A DNA stretch of 60,583 nt from Candidatus Anderseniibacteriota bacterium (GTDB lineage Bacteria; Patescibacteriota; Andersenbacteria; UBA10190): NCBI GenBank assembly GCA_040876835.1, contig JBBDOX010000014.1, positions 1 to 60,583 of the forward strand, given 5' to 3'. The notes under the pieces are model-generated. The model was not told where the DNA came from, did no database searches, and worked only from the letters and a program-made list of their open reading frames with translations. Shown here piece after piece: positions 1-8,168 of the stretch; position 1 is the stretch's first letter, and every line of letters starts with the position of its first letter. Position numbers and translations under genes: made by a program.

Positions 1-50
1 CAGTTTTAAAGTTTAAAGGCGGCTAAAAGTGTGCAGTTTTAATTTTTAAG

Positions 51-67
51 TGACACGACATGTGTCA
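51..67. promoter_or_regulatory. Inverted repeat TGACAC-gacat-GTGTCA abutting the -35 box; candidate operator for the downstream TrmB-family gene
   Basis: 6+6 nt perfect palindrome read at 51-67, 3 nt before TTGACA at 71. Confidence 0.3.
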
Positions 68-70
68 TAA

Positions 71-99
71 TTGACATTAAGGTACCATTACCGTATATT
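71..99 (+). promoter_or_regulatory. sigma70-type promoter
   Basis: TTGACA(71-76)-17 nt-TATATT(94-99). Confidence 0.45.
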
Positions 100-143
100 C
101 AATCGCCAATTAGCTTTCATACCATATATATTAAAGACACGAT

Positions 144-935
144 ATGGAATTTGTTAAGGAATTAAAGAAGCTGGGATTGAAGGATAAGGAAGCTGCTGTG
201 TATTTAGCGTGTTTAGAATTAGGCCCTTCCCCGGTTCAGCAGGTGTCCAGGAAGGCGCGGGTCGTGAGAGCAACGACATATGTGATACTTGAATCCCTCA
301 TGCAGATGGGGCTAGTTACGAAGTTTAAAGAGGGTAAGAAAACCCTCTTTTCTGCCGAACCACCCAGACAGTTGACGCGTCTTCTTGAGAAGCAGAAAAA
401 AGAGCTCGAAGAGAAGGAATACCAGCTGGATGAGGTGCTACCGGAACTACAGGTAATTATGAAAACGGCAGGTGACCGGCCCTCGGTGCGGTATTTTGAA
501 GGTAAGGAGGGTCTTCATGCTATTCGACAGGAGATTGTGATGTATTCTCAAGCTGGAGATACGGTATATAATTTCACGCCCTATGATCATTTGTTAGCTA
601 TATTTCCGGAAGATGAACCGGTGTATTTGCGTCAGCGTGTTGCGAAAGGCGTTAATTCAAAAACTTTAATTACGACTAAATCCGAAAAACTTAAACAAGA
701 AATGTTTACTGAGGCTAAACACGAAAGAAGCGAACGCCGCTTTATTTCGCCAGAAATGTTCCCAAGTACAAGTGGAATGACGATTTACAGGAACCGCATT
801 GCTATCGGAACGTTTAGCGGAAAGTTGATGGGAGTAGTGATCGAAAGTGATCCCATGTCAGACATGATGAAGAGGATGTTTGAGATTGCCTGGATCGGGG
901 CAGGAATTTTAGAAGACAACAAAGGAAAAAATTAG
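144..935 (+). CDS. TrmB-family transcriptional regulator
   Basis: 263-aa ORF; N-terminal winged-helix segment LKKLGLKDKEAAVYLACLELGPSPVQQVSRKARVVRATTYVILESLMQMGLV is typical of the TrmB family. Confidence 0.75.
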   Translation: MEFVKELKKLGLKDKEAAVYLACLELGPSPVQQVSRKARVVRATTYVILESLMQMGLVTKFKEGKKTLFSAEPPRQLTRLLEKQKKELEEKEYQLDEVLPELQVIMKTAGDRPSVRYFEGKEGLHAIRQEIVMYSQAGDTVYNFTPYDHLLAIFPEDEPVYLRQRVAKGVNSKTLITTKSEKLKQEMFTEAKHERSERRFISPEMFPSTSGMTIYRNRIAIGTFSGKLMGVVIESDPMSDMMKRMFEIAWIGAGILEDNKGKN

Positions 936-942
936 AGTTATC

Positions 943-971
943 TTGACTTTTTGAGCGTAAGTACTTAAAGT
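943..971 (+). promoter_or_regulatory. sigma70-type promoter driving the non-coding locus
   Basis: TTGACT(943-948)-17 nt-TAAAGT(966-971), starting 8 nt after the TrmB-gene stop codon. Confidence 0.5.
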
Positions 972-977
972 GATGTT

Positions 978-1492
978 TGCACGTGGGGGTCACGTGTGGC
1001 GTAAGCCTTCAGTTTTGACCTCTTGAAAAGGAGGTGTGCAATGGGGCTCGATCCCATGCGGAGCTGAAGCTGTCCACCTGGGTTTGGTTCCGGAAGGAAT
1101 CGGTCATGCCGATCAGGAAGTTATGCGGCAAAGGTGCGGCCGACGCCCTGACTCATTAAGTGGATAGTTCGCTATCCGATGAGAAGGGGCTCGGCCAAAC
1201 CGCACCACTTGACCTGTCCAGGCGCAATCGTTCATTGATCTTTGAAACAAAAGGGTACAATTGATACCCAGGTGGGCAGCGAAAGCTGTCCTGAGCCCGC
1301 AAGCGCGTCTCGCTTCACGACTCTTCATCTAAGGTCGACCCACGAGGTCAGACCGCCCTTTATCGGGAAGCGTGAACGAGCTTCGGGCTCAAATACACTC
1401 TCCGTCTTACGACGGACCTTAAGGCCTGCTACGCAGAGCGCAATTTGATCACCGGATCACTTTGTATGCTCACGTACAGGCCTTACTTCTTT
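978..1492 (+). ncRNA. Unclassified structured RNA candidate, about 0.5 kb
   Basis: No credible ORF. Hairpins at 980-996, GUAA-capped 998-1007 and 1041-1057. A 74-nt hairpin at 1133-1206 is capped by UUCG (1168-1171). A GAAA-capped stem lies at 1275-1290. Further hairpins at 1378-1390 (UUCGG loop) and 1402-1415. A 14-bp long-range complement joins 1070-1083 to 1266-1279. Bounded by a promoter and a terminator. Confidence 0.55.
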
Positions 1493-1495
1493 TTT
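1420..1495 (+). terminator. Intrinsic terminator of the non-coding locus
   Basis: 13-bp stem taaggcctgctacg(1420-1433)/cgtacaggcctta(1473-1485) followed by cttctttttt (1486-1495). Confidence 0.55.
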
Positions 1496-1522
1496 GACAT
1501 TTCTGTTCGTGTTCAATACTGT
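1494..1522 (+). promoter_or_regulatory. Possible pth promoter
   Basis: TTGACA(1494-1499)-17 nt-TACTGT(1517-1522); the -10 box is weak. Confidence 0.3.
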
Positions 1523-1638
1523 TAAAGGTCCTTCGGGTATCTTCTGTATGCCCCCGCCCGTCTTAAGGTTACGAGCTTGGAGCCAACCCCTCCTATGCTT
1601 CAAGCTTTCACTGACCTAAAGTGGGTGGGGTTATGCAG

Positions 1639-1671
1639 AAGAAAGGCGGCTCCTACGAGAGCCGCTTTCTT
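1639..1671 (+). promoter_or_regulatory. Stable hairpin in the pth 5' leader, function unknown
   Basis: About 13-bp stem aagaaaggcggctc/gagccgctttctt with one bulge, ending 30 nt before the pth ATG; no U-run on either strand. Confidence 0.35.
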
Positions 1672-1700
1672 GTAGAAAGAATCACGTCTATCATGCAGAT

Positions 1701-2264
1701 ATGAATAAAGTTGTATTTGTAGGCTTGGGAAATCCCGGTAAAAAGTTTGAGCACACTCGCCACAACGTTGGCATTGATATTCTGCGTGTGTGGGTGGAGA
1801 TGATGAAAGGGCGAGGCGCGACTGTAAGTAACTGGAAAGAAGAACAAGCATTCAATGCTGAGATTGCAGAAGTTGCTCTACCTCCTGTTCAAGTTGAGTG
1901 TATATTCCCCCTGACCTTTATGAATGATGCCGGACGGGCCGTAGGAGCACATGCCGCATTTTACAACATCACTCCTCAGAATATACTGATCATTCATGAC
2001 GATCTGGAACTGCCTTTGGGAGAAGTGAGTATTAAGGAAGAGGGGAGTGCCCATGGACACAACGGCGTGCGTTCTATTCACCAACAACTTAGCACGGATA
2101 AGATACGTCGATTACGAATTGGCATTGGGCGTCCTCTAGCTCAGGTGCCCGTTGAGGAGTACGTGCTTCAGCAATTCACTACTGAAGAGCAGCCGGGCAT
2201 TACACAAAGTATTCATCAGGCAGCCTTGCTCCTGGAGGAGCAAGCAAAGATACTAGCCCTTTAG
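1701..2264 (+). CDS. pth: Peptidyl-tRNA hydrolase
   Basis: VFVGLGNPGKKFEHTRHNVG N-terminal signature; 187 aa. Confidence 0.9.
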   Translation: MNKVVFVGLGNPGKKFEHTRHNVGIDILRVWVEMMKGRGATVSNWKEEQAFNAEIAEVALPPVQVECIFPLTFMNDAGRAVGAHAAFYNITPQNILIIHDDLELPLGEVSIKEEGSAHGHNGVRSIHQQLSTDKIRRLRIGIGRPLAQVPVEEYVLQQFTTEEQPGITQSIHQAALLLEEQAKILAL

Positions 2265-2271
2265 CCGGAGT

Positions 2272-3819
2272 TTATTCCCCTGCCGCGTCTTGTCCCAGGA
2301 TAATCAGGATATCGGCGGAGGTTTCTTTTTCGCCATCAGGAAGCGTGCTGCCAGCTGAGGCTTCTAGGGACTCAGCAATCTTTTGTCCGGCATCGGCCTG
2401 AGTAGTTTGCAGTACATACACAGTTGTTTCCTGTTGCGTCTGATCACTGGCATTGCCGATGGCTAGAACTTCATACCCGTCTTCGGTAAGTTTGTCTGAG
2501 GTTTTTTGAGCAAGCCCGGGGACTTTGGTGCCATTACGAATCTCTACTTTCGCGGTGGGCAACTTCTTTTCTTCAGCTGCCTGAGTAGAAGATGGTTCCT
2601 CGGTAGTTTCAGACGCTGGCTGGCTTGTAGGCTGAATACGCTTGCTGACATCATCCGAGAAGATGTTGGCAGCGATAGATTGAATTTCGGAAAAGTCTCC
2701 AGTGCGAGTGCGCAGAACAGAGGCAGGTGTGCTGCCAAGGACCTCAGTTCCACCTACAAGTACTCCATTAGGACCGGTGGTTAGAACAACGGAATGAACA
2801 TTTTGAGAGTCTAGCTGGCGAGCAAGTTCAAAGAATCGTTTCATTTCCCATATCTGCAGATCAGTGCGAATATTGTCGGATAAGGCATTCAAAATATCGT
2901 TAACGGCGCGGAAATCAAATGCGGTGTTTACTGAGAATACTTTTTCTCGCATTGCCAATAGTACTTGCTGTTGACGGGCAGCGCGTCTAAAGTCGCCGCC
3001 TTCCGGCCCTTCCACATATCGAGCACGCACATAAGCAAGAGCTCGTTCACCATTCATTTTCTCAGTGCCAGCCGGGAAGGCGATTTTGTGCCAATAATCC
3101 TCAAAGGAGTTATCGATAGTAATTGTTACACCGCCAACAGTATCGACGATAGATTTAAAGGCATCGAAATCAATACGGGTGTAATAATGAATGGGTAACC
3201 CAGTGATGCTCTCCACACTTTGACGTAAAACTTCTGGTCCTTGCCCTGATTTCTTACTTTCACCATACGCATGAACAGCATTTATTTTGGAATAATATTG
3301 TTCGCCGGGAACCTGAACGTAGAGGTCGCGGGGAATTGATAGAAGAGCGACAGCATTTGTTTCGGGTCGAATACTAGCAATCATAATTGTATCGGCCAGA
3401 TTTTCGCCGGAATGCCCCTCACCACCCACAGCCATCAACAGTATATTGATGCGACCATCCTGTTCTCCTGCTAGAAATTCTCCCGAGCTGAAGAGAAGGT
3501 CCTTGAGTTGACCTAAAAGAGACTGTTCGGCAGTGCTGATTCGGTTCCCGGCAGCCAAGATTTTGTATCCAAATATTCCTCCACTGAGTACAACTGCCAG
3601 AAAGACTAATAGGGCAATTTTTCTTCCCCAATGGTGGGAGCGCTGAATGCCAGCCCGGGCCTTTTTTGGCCGTACCGTTCGTCGTCCAGAAGGGCTTACG
3701 GGGCGTGCGGAACGCTCCGCAGGGGCAACATGCGGCTGGGCGGGATCAAGGTGATAGCGACGGCGAACTTCTCGCAAGACGTTTTTTTCAGGAGAAGAGT
3801 TAGAGGGCGTATTTTTCAT
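2272..3819 (-). CDS. LytR-CpsA-Psr (LCP) family cell-envelope phosphotransferase
   Basis: Basic N-terminus plus one TM helix; LCP core INILLMAVGGEG...TIMIASIRP...LLSIPRDLYV...ALAYVRARY. Confidence 0.8.
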   Translation of the reverse strand: MKNTPSNSSPEKNVLREVRRRYHLDPAQPHVAPAERSARPVSPSGRRTVRPKKARAGIQRSHHWGRKIALLVFLAVVLSGGIFGYKILAAGNRISTAEQSLLGQLKDLLFSSGEFLAGEQDGRINILLMAVGGEGHSGENLADTIMIASIRPETNAVALLSIPRDLYVQVPGEQYYSKINAVHAYGESKKSGQGPEVLRQSVESITGLPIHYYTRIDFDAFKSIVDTVGGVTITIDNSFEDYWHKIAFPAGTEKMNGERALAYVRARYVEGPEGGDFRRAARQQQVLLAMREKVFSVNTAFDFRAVNDILNALSDNIRTDLQIWEMKRFFELARQLDSQNVHSVVLTTGPNGVLVGGTEVLGSTPASVLRTRTGDFSEIQSIAANIFSDDVSKRIQPTSQPASETTEEPSSTQAAEEKKLPTAKVEIRNGTKVPGLAQKTSDKLTEDGYEVLAIGNASDQTQQETTVYVLQTTQADAGQKIAESLEASAGSTLPDGEKETSADILIILGQDAAGE

Positions 3820-3906
3820 ATAATTAAAACAGTTATCCCTGTGTACTGCAGGGCTCCTTTGCCGTCAAAAGCATATGGGCGGTAGTATACCTCCAATTGA
3901 AAATGG

Positions 3907-3935
3907 TTGCTAATATATTGGCGACTTCCTACAAT
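3907..3935 (+). promoter_or_regulatory. sigma70-type promoter placed for a leaderless lepB mRNA
   Basis: TTGCTA(3907-3912)-17 nt-TACAAT(3930-3935); the ATG lies 8 nt downstream and no SD is present. Confidence 0.4.
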
Positions 3936-3943
3936 GCATACGT

Positions 3944-4573
3944 ATGACTCCTGATGAAACACATAACCCCTCTGCCGGAAAGGCGATCGGACGATTCTTT
4001 TGGGAACTAATTAAGGCCTTTTTAATCGCGGTAGTTATCATTGTTCCTATCCGGTATTTCCTAGTGCAGCCGTTTTTTGTGCGAGGAGCATCGATGGAGC
4101 CGAACTTTGAAGACGGGGAGTATTTGATCATTGATCAGCTATCCTATCGTTTTCGAGAACCGCGTCGGGGAGAAGTGGTAGTGTTCCGGTATCCACGACA
4201 GCCCTCTCAGTTTTTTATTAAGAGAATTATTGGTTTGCCCGGAGAGCGGGTGCAAATCTCTGATGGCACGGTTGTGATTTACAATGACAGGCATCAACAG
4301 GGAGTGGTGCTCGATGAATCAACATATCTGGAGCCCACTGTACGGACAGGTGGTCAGGTAGATCTTCAGTTAGGCACTGAGGAATATTTTGTTCTGGGTG
4401 ATAATCGCCCGGCAAGTTCCGATTCTCGCTCCTGGGGAGAGCTAGGTGCAGACAGCATTGTTGGTCGCACCTGGATCCGGGCCTACCCGTTTGATCAATT
4501 CGACATTTTTCAGGTTGATGTGCCTGGATTTATAGCTATTCCACAGTCCAATGTTCAAGAAGGAGTGCTCTAG
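3944..4573 (+). CDS. lepB: Signal peptidase I
   Basis: GASMEPN serine box, FIKRIIGLPGE lysine box, VLGDNRPASSDSR. Confidence 0.9.
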   Translation: MTPDETHNPSAGKAIGRFFWELIKAFLIAVVIIVPIRYFLVQPFFVRGASMEPNFEDGEYLIIDQLSYRFREPRRGEVVVFRYPRQPSQFFIKRIIGLPGERVQISDGTVVIYNDRHQQGVVLDESTYLEPTVRTGGQVDLQLGTEEYFVLGDNRPASSDSRSWGELGADSIVGRTWIRAYPFDQFDIFQVDVPGFIAIPQSNVQEGVL

Positions 4574-4661
4574 TATCGGATGAATCCGGGACGCAGTCGT
4601 AAGAAGAAAATGGGTTTCTATTTGATTTTCTGGGTCAAAGTGCTATATGGTGGGACGTATT

Positions 4662-5981
4662 ATGCCAGATAAAGAAACAACAAAAAAAGGTCCAACTGTT
4701 AGTTTTCCACTTAGCAGTCCTCGCGGCACCCAGGATATCCTGCCTCAGGAACAGAAGTACTGGGAGTATGTTACAGAAACCGCTGAGCTCTTTTTGCGCG
4801 GATGGCACTTTCAGCCGATTGAACTTCCTATCTTTGAGGAGCTGGCGTTGTTTCAGCGGGCTGTCGGCGGCGATACGGACATTGTTCAAAAAGAGATGTT
4901 TGAGCTTAAAGTACGTGGCAAAGGAGCTCACTACGCTCTCCGACCAGAAGGAACAGCTTCGATGGTGCGGGCCTATATTGAGCATGGGATGAGGAGCTGG
5001 CCGCGGCCGGTAAAGGTATTTACAATCGGACCATTCTTCCGTTATGAACGTCCTCAGGCTGGCCGACTGCGACAATTTCATCAGGTTGATATGGAAGTCT
5101 TTGGTTCAGCCGCCCCGATCACTGATGTTGAAGTAATTTATATTCTTCACCTGCTGTTCCGTCAGCTGGGATTGGAGGATTATGTTGTGCACTTGAATAC
5201 ACTAGGTGTGCCGAAGGAGCGCAAGGAATATATTAAGCTGCTCAAGGATCACTATCGACGTAACAAAACTAAGATGTGCCGTGACTGTAAAGTGCGACTG
5301 ACAACCAACCCATTGCGTCTGCTGGATTGTAAGGAAGAAAAGTGTCAGCAGCTGGCCAATACTGCTCCTCGTCTGCTGGATCACATTTCTGAAGAGTCAA
5401 AGAAGCATTTTGATTATGTAATGAACACTCTTGAACAGCTGCAGGTACCGTTTCAGGTTACGCCGGGATTGGTGCGAGGACTTGATTACTACACGCATAC
5501 GGTCTTTGAATTTGTACCTAAGGTGGTTGACGGACAGGCCCATGCGACCTTCGCCTCGGGTGGAAGATACGACTTGCTGGTGAAGGAGCTAGGCGGTCGT
5601 GAAACATCAGCAGTGGGAGCGGCGATTGGTATAGAGCGGGTAGTGGAGAGAATCAAGGAGGAAGGAATTGAACTTACTGTTACCGACCAGCCCCGGATCT
5701 ATATCGCTCAGTTGGGTGATCAGGCTAAGGTTGTGGCATTGCAAATCATGAAAGAGCTGCGGGAAGCAGATATTCCTTTTGCTGAAAGTATTGATCGTGA
5801 CGGAATGCAGGCTCAGCTTAAGATGGCCGACCGGCTCAAGGTGGACTGGGCTCTTATTCTGGGACAGAAAGAAGTTATCGACAGCACCGTGATTTTGCGA
5901 AACATGGAGAGTGGGATGCAGGAAGTTGTTGATCGGGAAAAACTGGTATCTGAACTCCAGCGTCGCCTAAATCTCATTTAG
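4662..5981 (+). CDS. hisS: Histidine--tRNA ligase
   Basis: PRGTQDILP, YALRPEGT, FRYERPQAGRLRQFHQ class II motifs. The ORF opens at GTG 4647; ATG 4662 is preferred. Confidence 0.9.
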   Translation: MPDKETTKKGPTVSFPLSSPRGTQDILPQEQKYWEYVTETAELFLRGWHFQPIELPIFEELALFQRAVGGDTDIVQKEMFELKVRGKGAHYALRPEGTASMVRAYIEHGMRSWPRPVKVFTIGPFFRYERPQAGRLRQFHQVDMEVFGSAAPITDVEVIYILHLLFRQLGLEDYVVHLNTLGVPKERKEYIKLLKDHYRRNKTKMCRDCKVRLTTNPLRLLDCKEEKCQQLANTAPRLLDHISEESKKHFDYVMNTLEQLQVPFQVTPGLVRGLDYYTHTVFEFVPKVVDGQAHATFASGGRYDLLVKELGGRETSAVGAAIGIERVVERIKEEGIELTVTDQPRIYIAQLGDQAKVVALQIMKELREADIPFAESIDRDGMQAQLKMADRLKVDWALILGQKEVIDSTVILRNMESGMQEVVDREKLVSELQRRLNLI

Positions 5982-5989
5982 CGTGATTC

Positions 5990-6379
5990 TTGCTGTACTG
6001 GCCGAACCGGCAGTACAATACAGGAGTGACTGAAGGATCAACTATTTTTTCGCAAATTATTGACGGCACAACTCCGGCTGACATCGTTTACGATGGAGGT
6101 GACACGTTATTTTTTCGCGACATCGCTCCCAAGGCGCCGGTACATATCGTGGCGATTACTAAAAAGGCAATTTCATCTCTGCAGGATATGACTGAGGAAG
6201 ATACAGTGTTGTTGGGAAAGCTCATGCACGATATTACAACCGTCGCTGACGCGCAAGGGTTAAAAGAGGGTGGATACAGAGTTATTACAAATGTGGGTAA
6301 TGATGCCGGACAAGAAGTAAAGCATTTACATTTTCATATTCTGGGTGGTGAGCCGCTCGGACCGCTACGATGTCAGTAA
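5990..6379 (+). CDS. HIT-family (histidine triad) nucleotide hydrolase
   Basis: HLHFHILGG triad. The ORF opens at TTG 5990; GTG 6026 would give a typical 117-aa HIT protein. Confidence 0.85.
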   Translation: MLYWPNRQYNTGVTEGSTIFSQIIDGTTPADIVYDGGDTLFFRDIAPKAPVHIVAITKKAISSLQDMTEEDTVLLGKLMHDITTVADAQGLKEGGYRVITNVGNDAGQEVKHLHFHILGGEPLGPLRCQ

Positions 6380-6765
6380 TATCCTTTGTACAGCGCGCAG
6401 TTATATTTATTCTACTTTTTTCTCCAGTATCAACTTGGGCTCAGACACCACTTGTTCCCTGCAGCGGGTTAGATTGTAAGGTGAGCCATATTTTCGATCT
6501 CTTAGTTAATATCTATAACTATTTACTTGCTTTGGCCGCTTTAGTGGCAATGCTAATGCTTGTCTGGGGCGGAATACAAATGCTGATATTCTATTTTGAC
6601 GAAAGCCCCGTGACTGCGCTGGAAGGAGCGAAGAACACCATTCGAAGAGCTATTTTTGGGCTCGTTATCATTCTGATGGCATATTTGATTGTAAATACGA
6701 TTTTGGGCGCCCTGGGCCTAAGTGATGCAACTATTACTAATATCTTCAGCAAAGGGCAGTTCTAA
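6370..6765 (+). CDS. Small secreted membrane protein, TrbC/VirB2-like (T4SS-pilin-like) as commonly seen in CPR genomes
   Basis: Signal peptide ending WAQ, then two hydrophobic helices LLALAALVAMLMLVWGG ... GAKNTIRRAIFGLVIILMAYLIV. Confidence 0.55.
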   Translation: MSVISFVQRAVIFILLFSPVSTWAQTPLVPCSGLDCKVSHIFDLLVNIYNYLLALAALVAMLMLVWGGIQMLIFYFDESPVTALEGAKNTIRRAIFGLVIILMAYLIVNTILGALGLSDATITNIFSKGQF

Positions 6766-6901
6766 AGCATACAAGCATCCTTGACCACACAGGCGAGGTG
6801 TGGCAAGTTATTGACTAGGTACTGGGACGTGGTTCTTCTGGGGTCTGAGATGTTTAGCAGGTACGCCGCAGTATCGGATTATCCGTCATTTATTTTCAAA
6901 G

Positions 6902-6945
6902 GGAGGTGATTTTGGTTTGTTCCTCTTTTTAAAGAGGAAAAACCA
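6902..6945 (+). promoter_or_regulatory. rpsU translation-initiation element: a perfect 9-nt SD followed by a 13-bp hairpin that bridges it to the AUG
   Basis: GGAGGTGAT (6902-6910) is the exact complement of the canonical 16S 3' end. Hairpin at 6913-6945. Six nt then lead to ATG 6952. Confidence 0.4.
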
Positions 6946-6951
6946 CACAAT

Positions 6952-7203
6952 ATGGTAGAAGTACGTAAGCGCGATAACGAAACGAGCGACAGTCTCATTC
7001 GTCGTTTTTCACGTAAGGTTCAGCAAAGCGGAGTGTTGCTGCAGGCTCGTAAGGTGCAGTACTACCAACGCAAAAAGAGCAAGCGAAAAGTTCGCGAAGA
7101 AGCGCAGCGCCGCGGCGAGCTTCAGGCAGAACGGGATCGCTTGATTAAGCTTGGTGAAATTGATGAATTCACATATCCTGGTCGCCCACCTAAGCGACGC
7201 TAA
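6952..7203 (+). CDS. rpsU: 30S ribosomal protein bS21
   Basis: VEVRKRDNETSDSLIRRFSRKVQQSGVL...RKKSKRK. Confidence 0.9.
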   Translation: MVEVRKRDNETSDSLIRRFSRKVQQSGVLLQARKVQYYQRKKSKRKVREEAQRRGELQAERDRLIKLGEIDEFTYPGRPPKRR

Positions 7204-7223
7204 TAATCCCGGGAAGTAGCAAC

Positions 7224-7270
7224 AAACAGCTGACGAGTATAAGTGCGTCAGCTGTTTTGTATGTTTTTTC
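7224..7270 (+). terminator. Intrinsic terminator after rpsU
   Basis: 12-bp stem aaacagctgacg/cgtcagctgttt followed by tgtatgtttttt. Confidence 0.7.
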
Positions 7271-7323
7271 ATTTTTGGCTAAGTACCTTATAATATAAAA
7301 GACGTTAACCAAGTAACTAACCT

Positions 7324-8148
7324 ATGGCCGTACCCCCTCCTAATCTTCCGTTGTCAGCTGACGACTCTTCAGATCCTATGCAAGCACTTCCAGGAGGAGC
7401 CGAAGGCTCCATGCCTCGAGCTGCCGATAGTGCTTCCGGGCCAGCAACCCCTATTGGAACTCCCCCAGGGGGAGGACAGGACATTCCCGATCCTTTTGCA
7501 GCTCCACCCTCAATGAATCCGACTGCAATGAATCAGTCCCCAGCAGCAGGATCCGGATTTTCTCCACCTATGCCTCCAGTTGAAACAGAAGCTTCCCCTA
7601 TTGCTCCTCCAGTTTTTCAAAAACCTACTCCGCGCGGCAAGAGTAAGCGCTGGCTTGTGTTAATCGTAGGTGGATTGATTGTAGTAGCGCTCTTGGTGGC
7701 AATGGGAGTAGTAGCAGCACGGATACTGCTGCCAAAAGACTCTGATCCGGAACCTTCAGCTACAACCGCCCCATCTGAAAGTGATGGAGTTCCTGCTGGT
7801 GTCCCAACAAGCACGCCCCTTCCCGGTGGTGGTGCGGAGCAAACAATTGCGGATCCTGATGGTGATGGTCTGACAAATGCTGAAGAGGAGTTTTATGGGA
7901 CAGACCCCCAGAAGATTGACACAGACGGTGATGGCTTTGGGGATGGAGAAGAAGTTCGCGCCGGATTTGATCCTCTGGACCCTACGGGTAAGCTAGATTC
8001 TGATAACGATGGGTTTTCTGACCCTGATGAACGAGAGTTTGGTAGTGATCCCTTTAACCCGGATACAGATGGCGATGGATTTAGCGATGGAGAAGAAATC
8101 CAGAATGGATTCAACCCTCTGATTCCCTCCCCAGGCGACAAGCTGTAA
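7324..8148 (+). CDS. Membrane-anchored protein with a Pro-rich N-terminus and thrombospondin type-3-like Ca-binding repeats
   Basis: One TM helix ([23 protein letters not shown]), then four DxDxDGxxDxxE units. Confidence 0.6.
   Translation: MAVPPPNLPLSADDSSDPMQALPGGAEGSMPRAADSASGPATPIGTPPGGGQDIPDPFAAPPSMNPTAMNQSPAAGSGFSPPMPPVETEASPIAPPVFQKPTPRGKSKRWLVLIVGGLIVVALLVAMGVVAARILLPKDSDPEPSATTAPSESDGVPAGVPTSTPLPGGGAEQTIADPDGDGLTNAEEEFYGTDPQKIDTDGDGFGDGEEVRAGFDPLDPTGKLDSDNDGFSDPDEREFGSDPFNPDTDGDGFSDGEEIQNGFNPLIPSPGDKL
7852..8100 (+). repeat. Four in-frame TSP3-like repeat units
   Basis: [12 protein letters not shown] / [12 protein letters not shown] / [12 protein letters not shown] / [12 protein letters not shown]. 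Confidence 0.7.
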
Positions 8149-8168
8149 TTGGAGTTGTCTCTACATAA

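Noticed and set aside
1041-1057. tRNA-like T-arm (atggg-ATCGAGC-cccat on the minus strand)
   Set aside because: The flanking sequence cannot be folded into acceptor, D and anticodon arms. It is treated as one hairpin of the larger structured locus.
1083-1112. SRP (4.5S) RNA domain IV look-alike: GGTTCC-GGAA-GGAATCGG resembles GGUCC-GGAA-GGAAGCAGC
   Set aside because: The near-universal symmetric-loop nucleotides (AGG on the 5' side and AGCA on the 3' side) are replaced. The flanks do not extend into the long SRP hairpin. A competing local hairpin (atcgg-tcatg-ccgat) overlaps the region.
978-1492. tmRNA in either orientation, prompted by a GGGG-rich 5' end, a T-arm-like hairpin at 1041-1057, and a minus-strand reading that ends ...FAA-stop near 1121
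   Set aside because: No acceptor-stem complement and no ACCA end. No T-arm adjacent to a 3' acceptor strand. The putative tag lies inside a long perfect helix and lacks a resume-codon context.
6907-6933. 8-codon mini-ORF (GTG ATT TTG GTT TGT TCC TCT TTT TAA) right after the strong SD upstream of rpsU, as a possible leader peptide
   Set aside because: The GTG overlaps the SD itself, so there is no spacing. This is noted only as the alternative that would undercut the bridged-SD idea.
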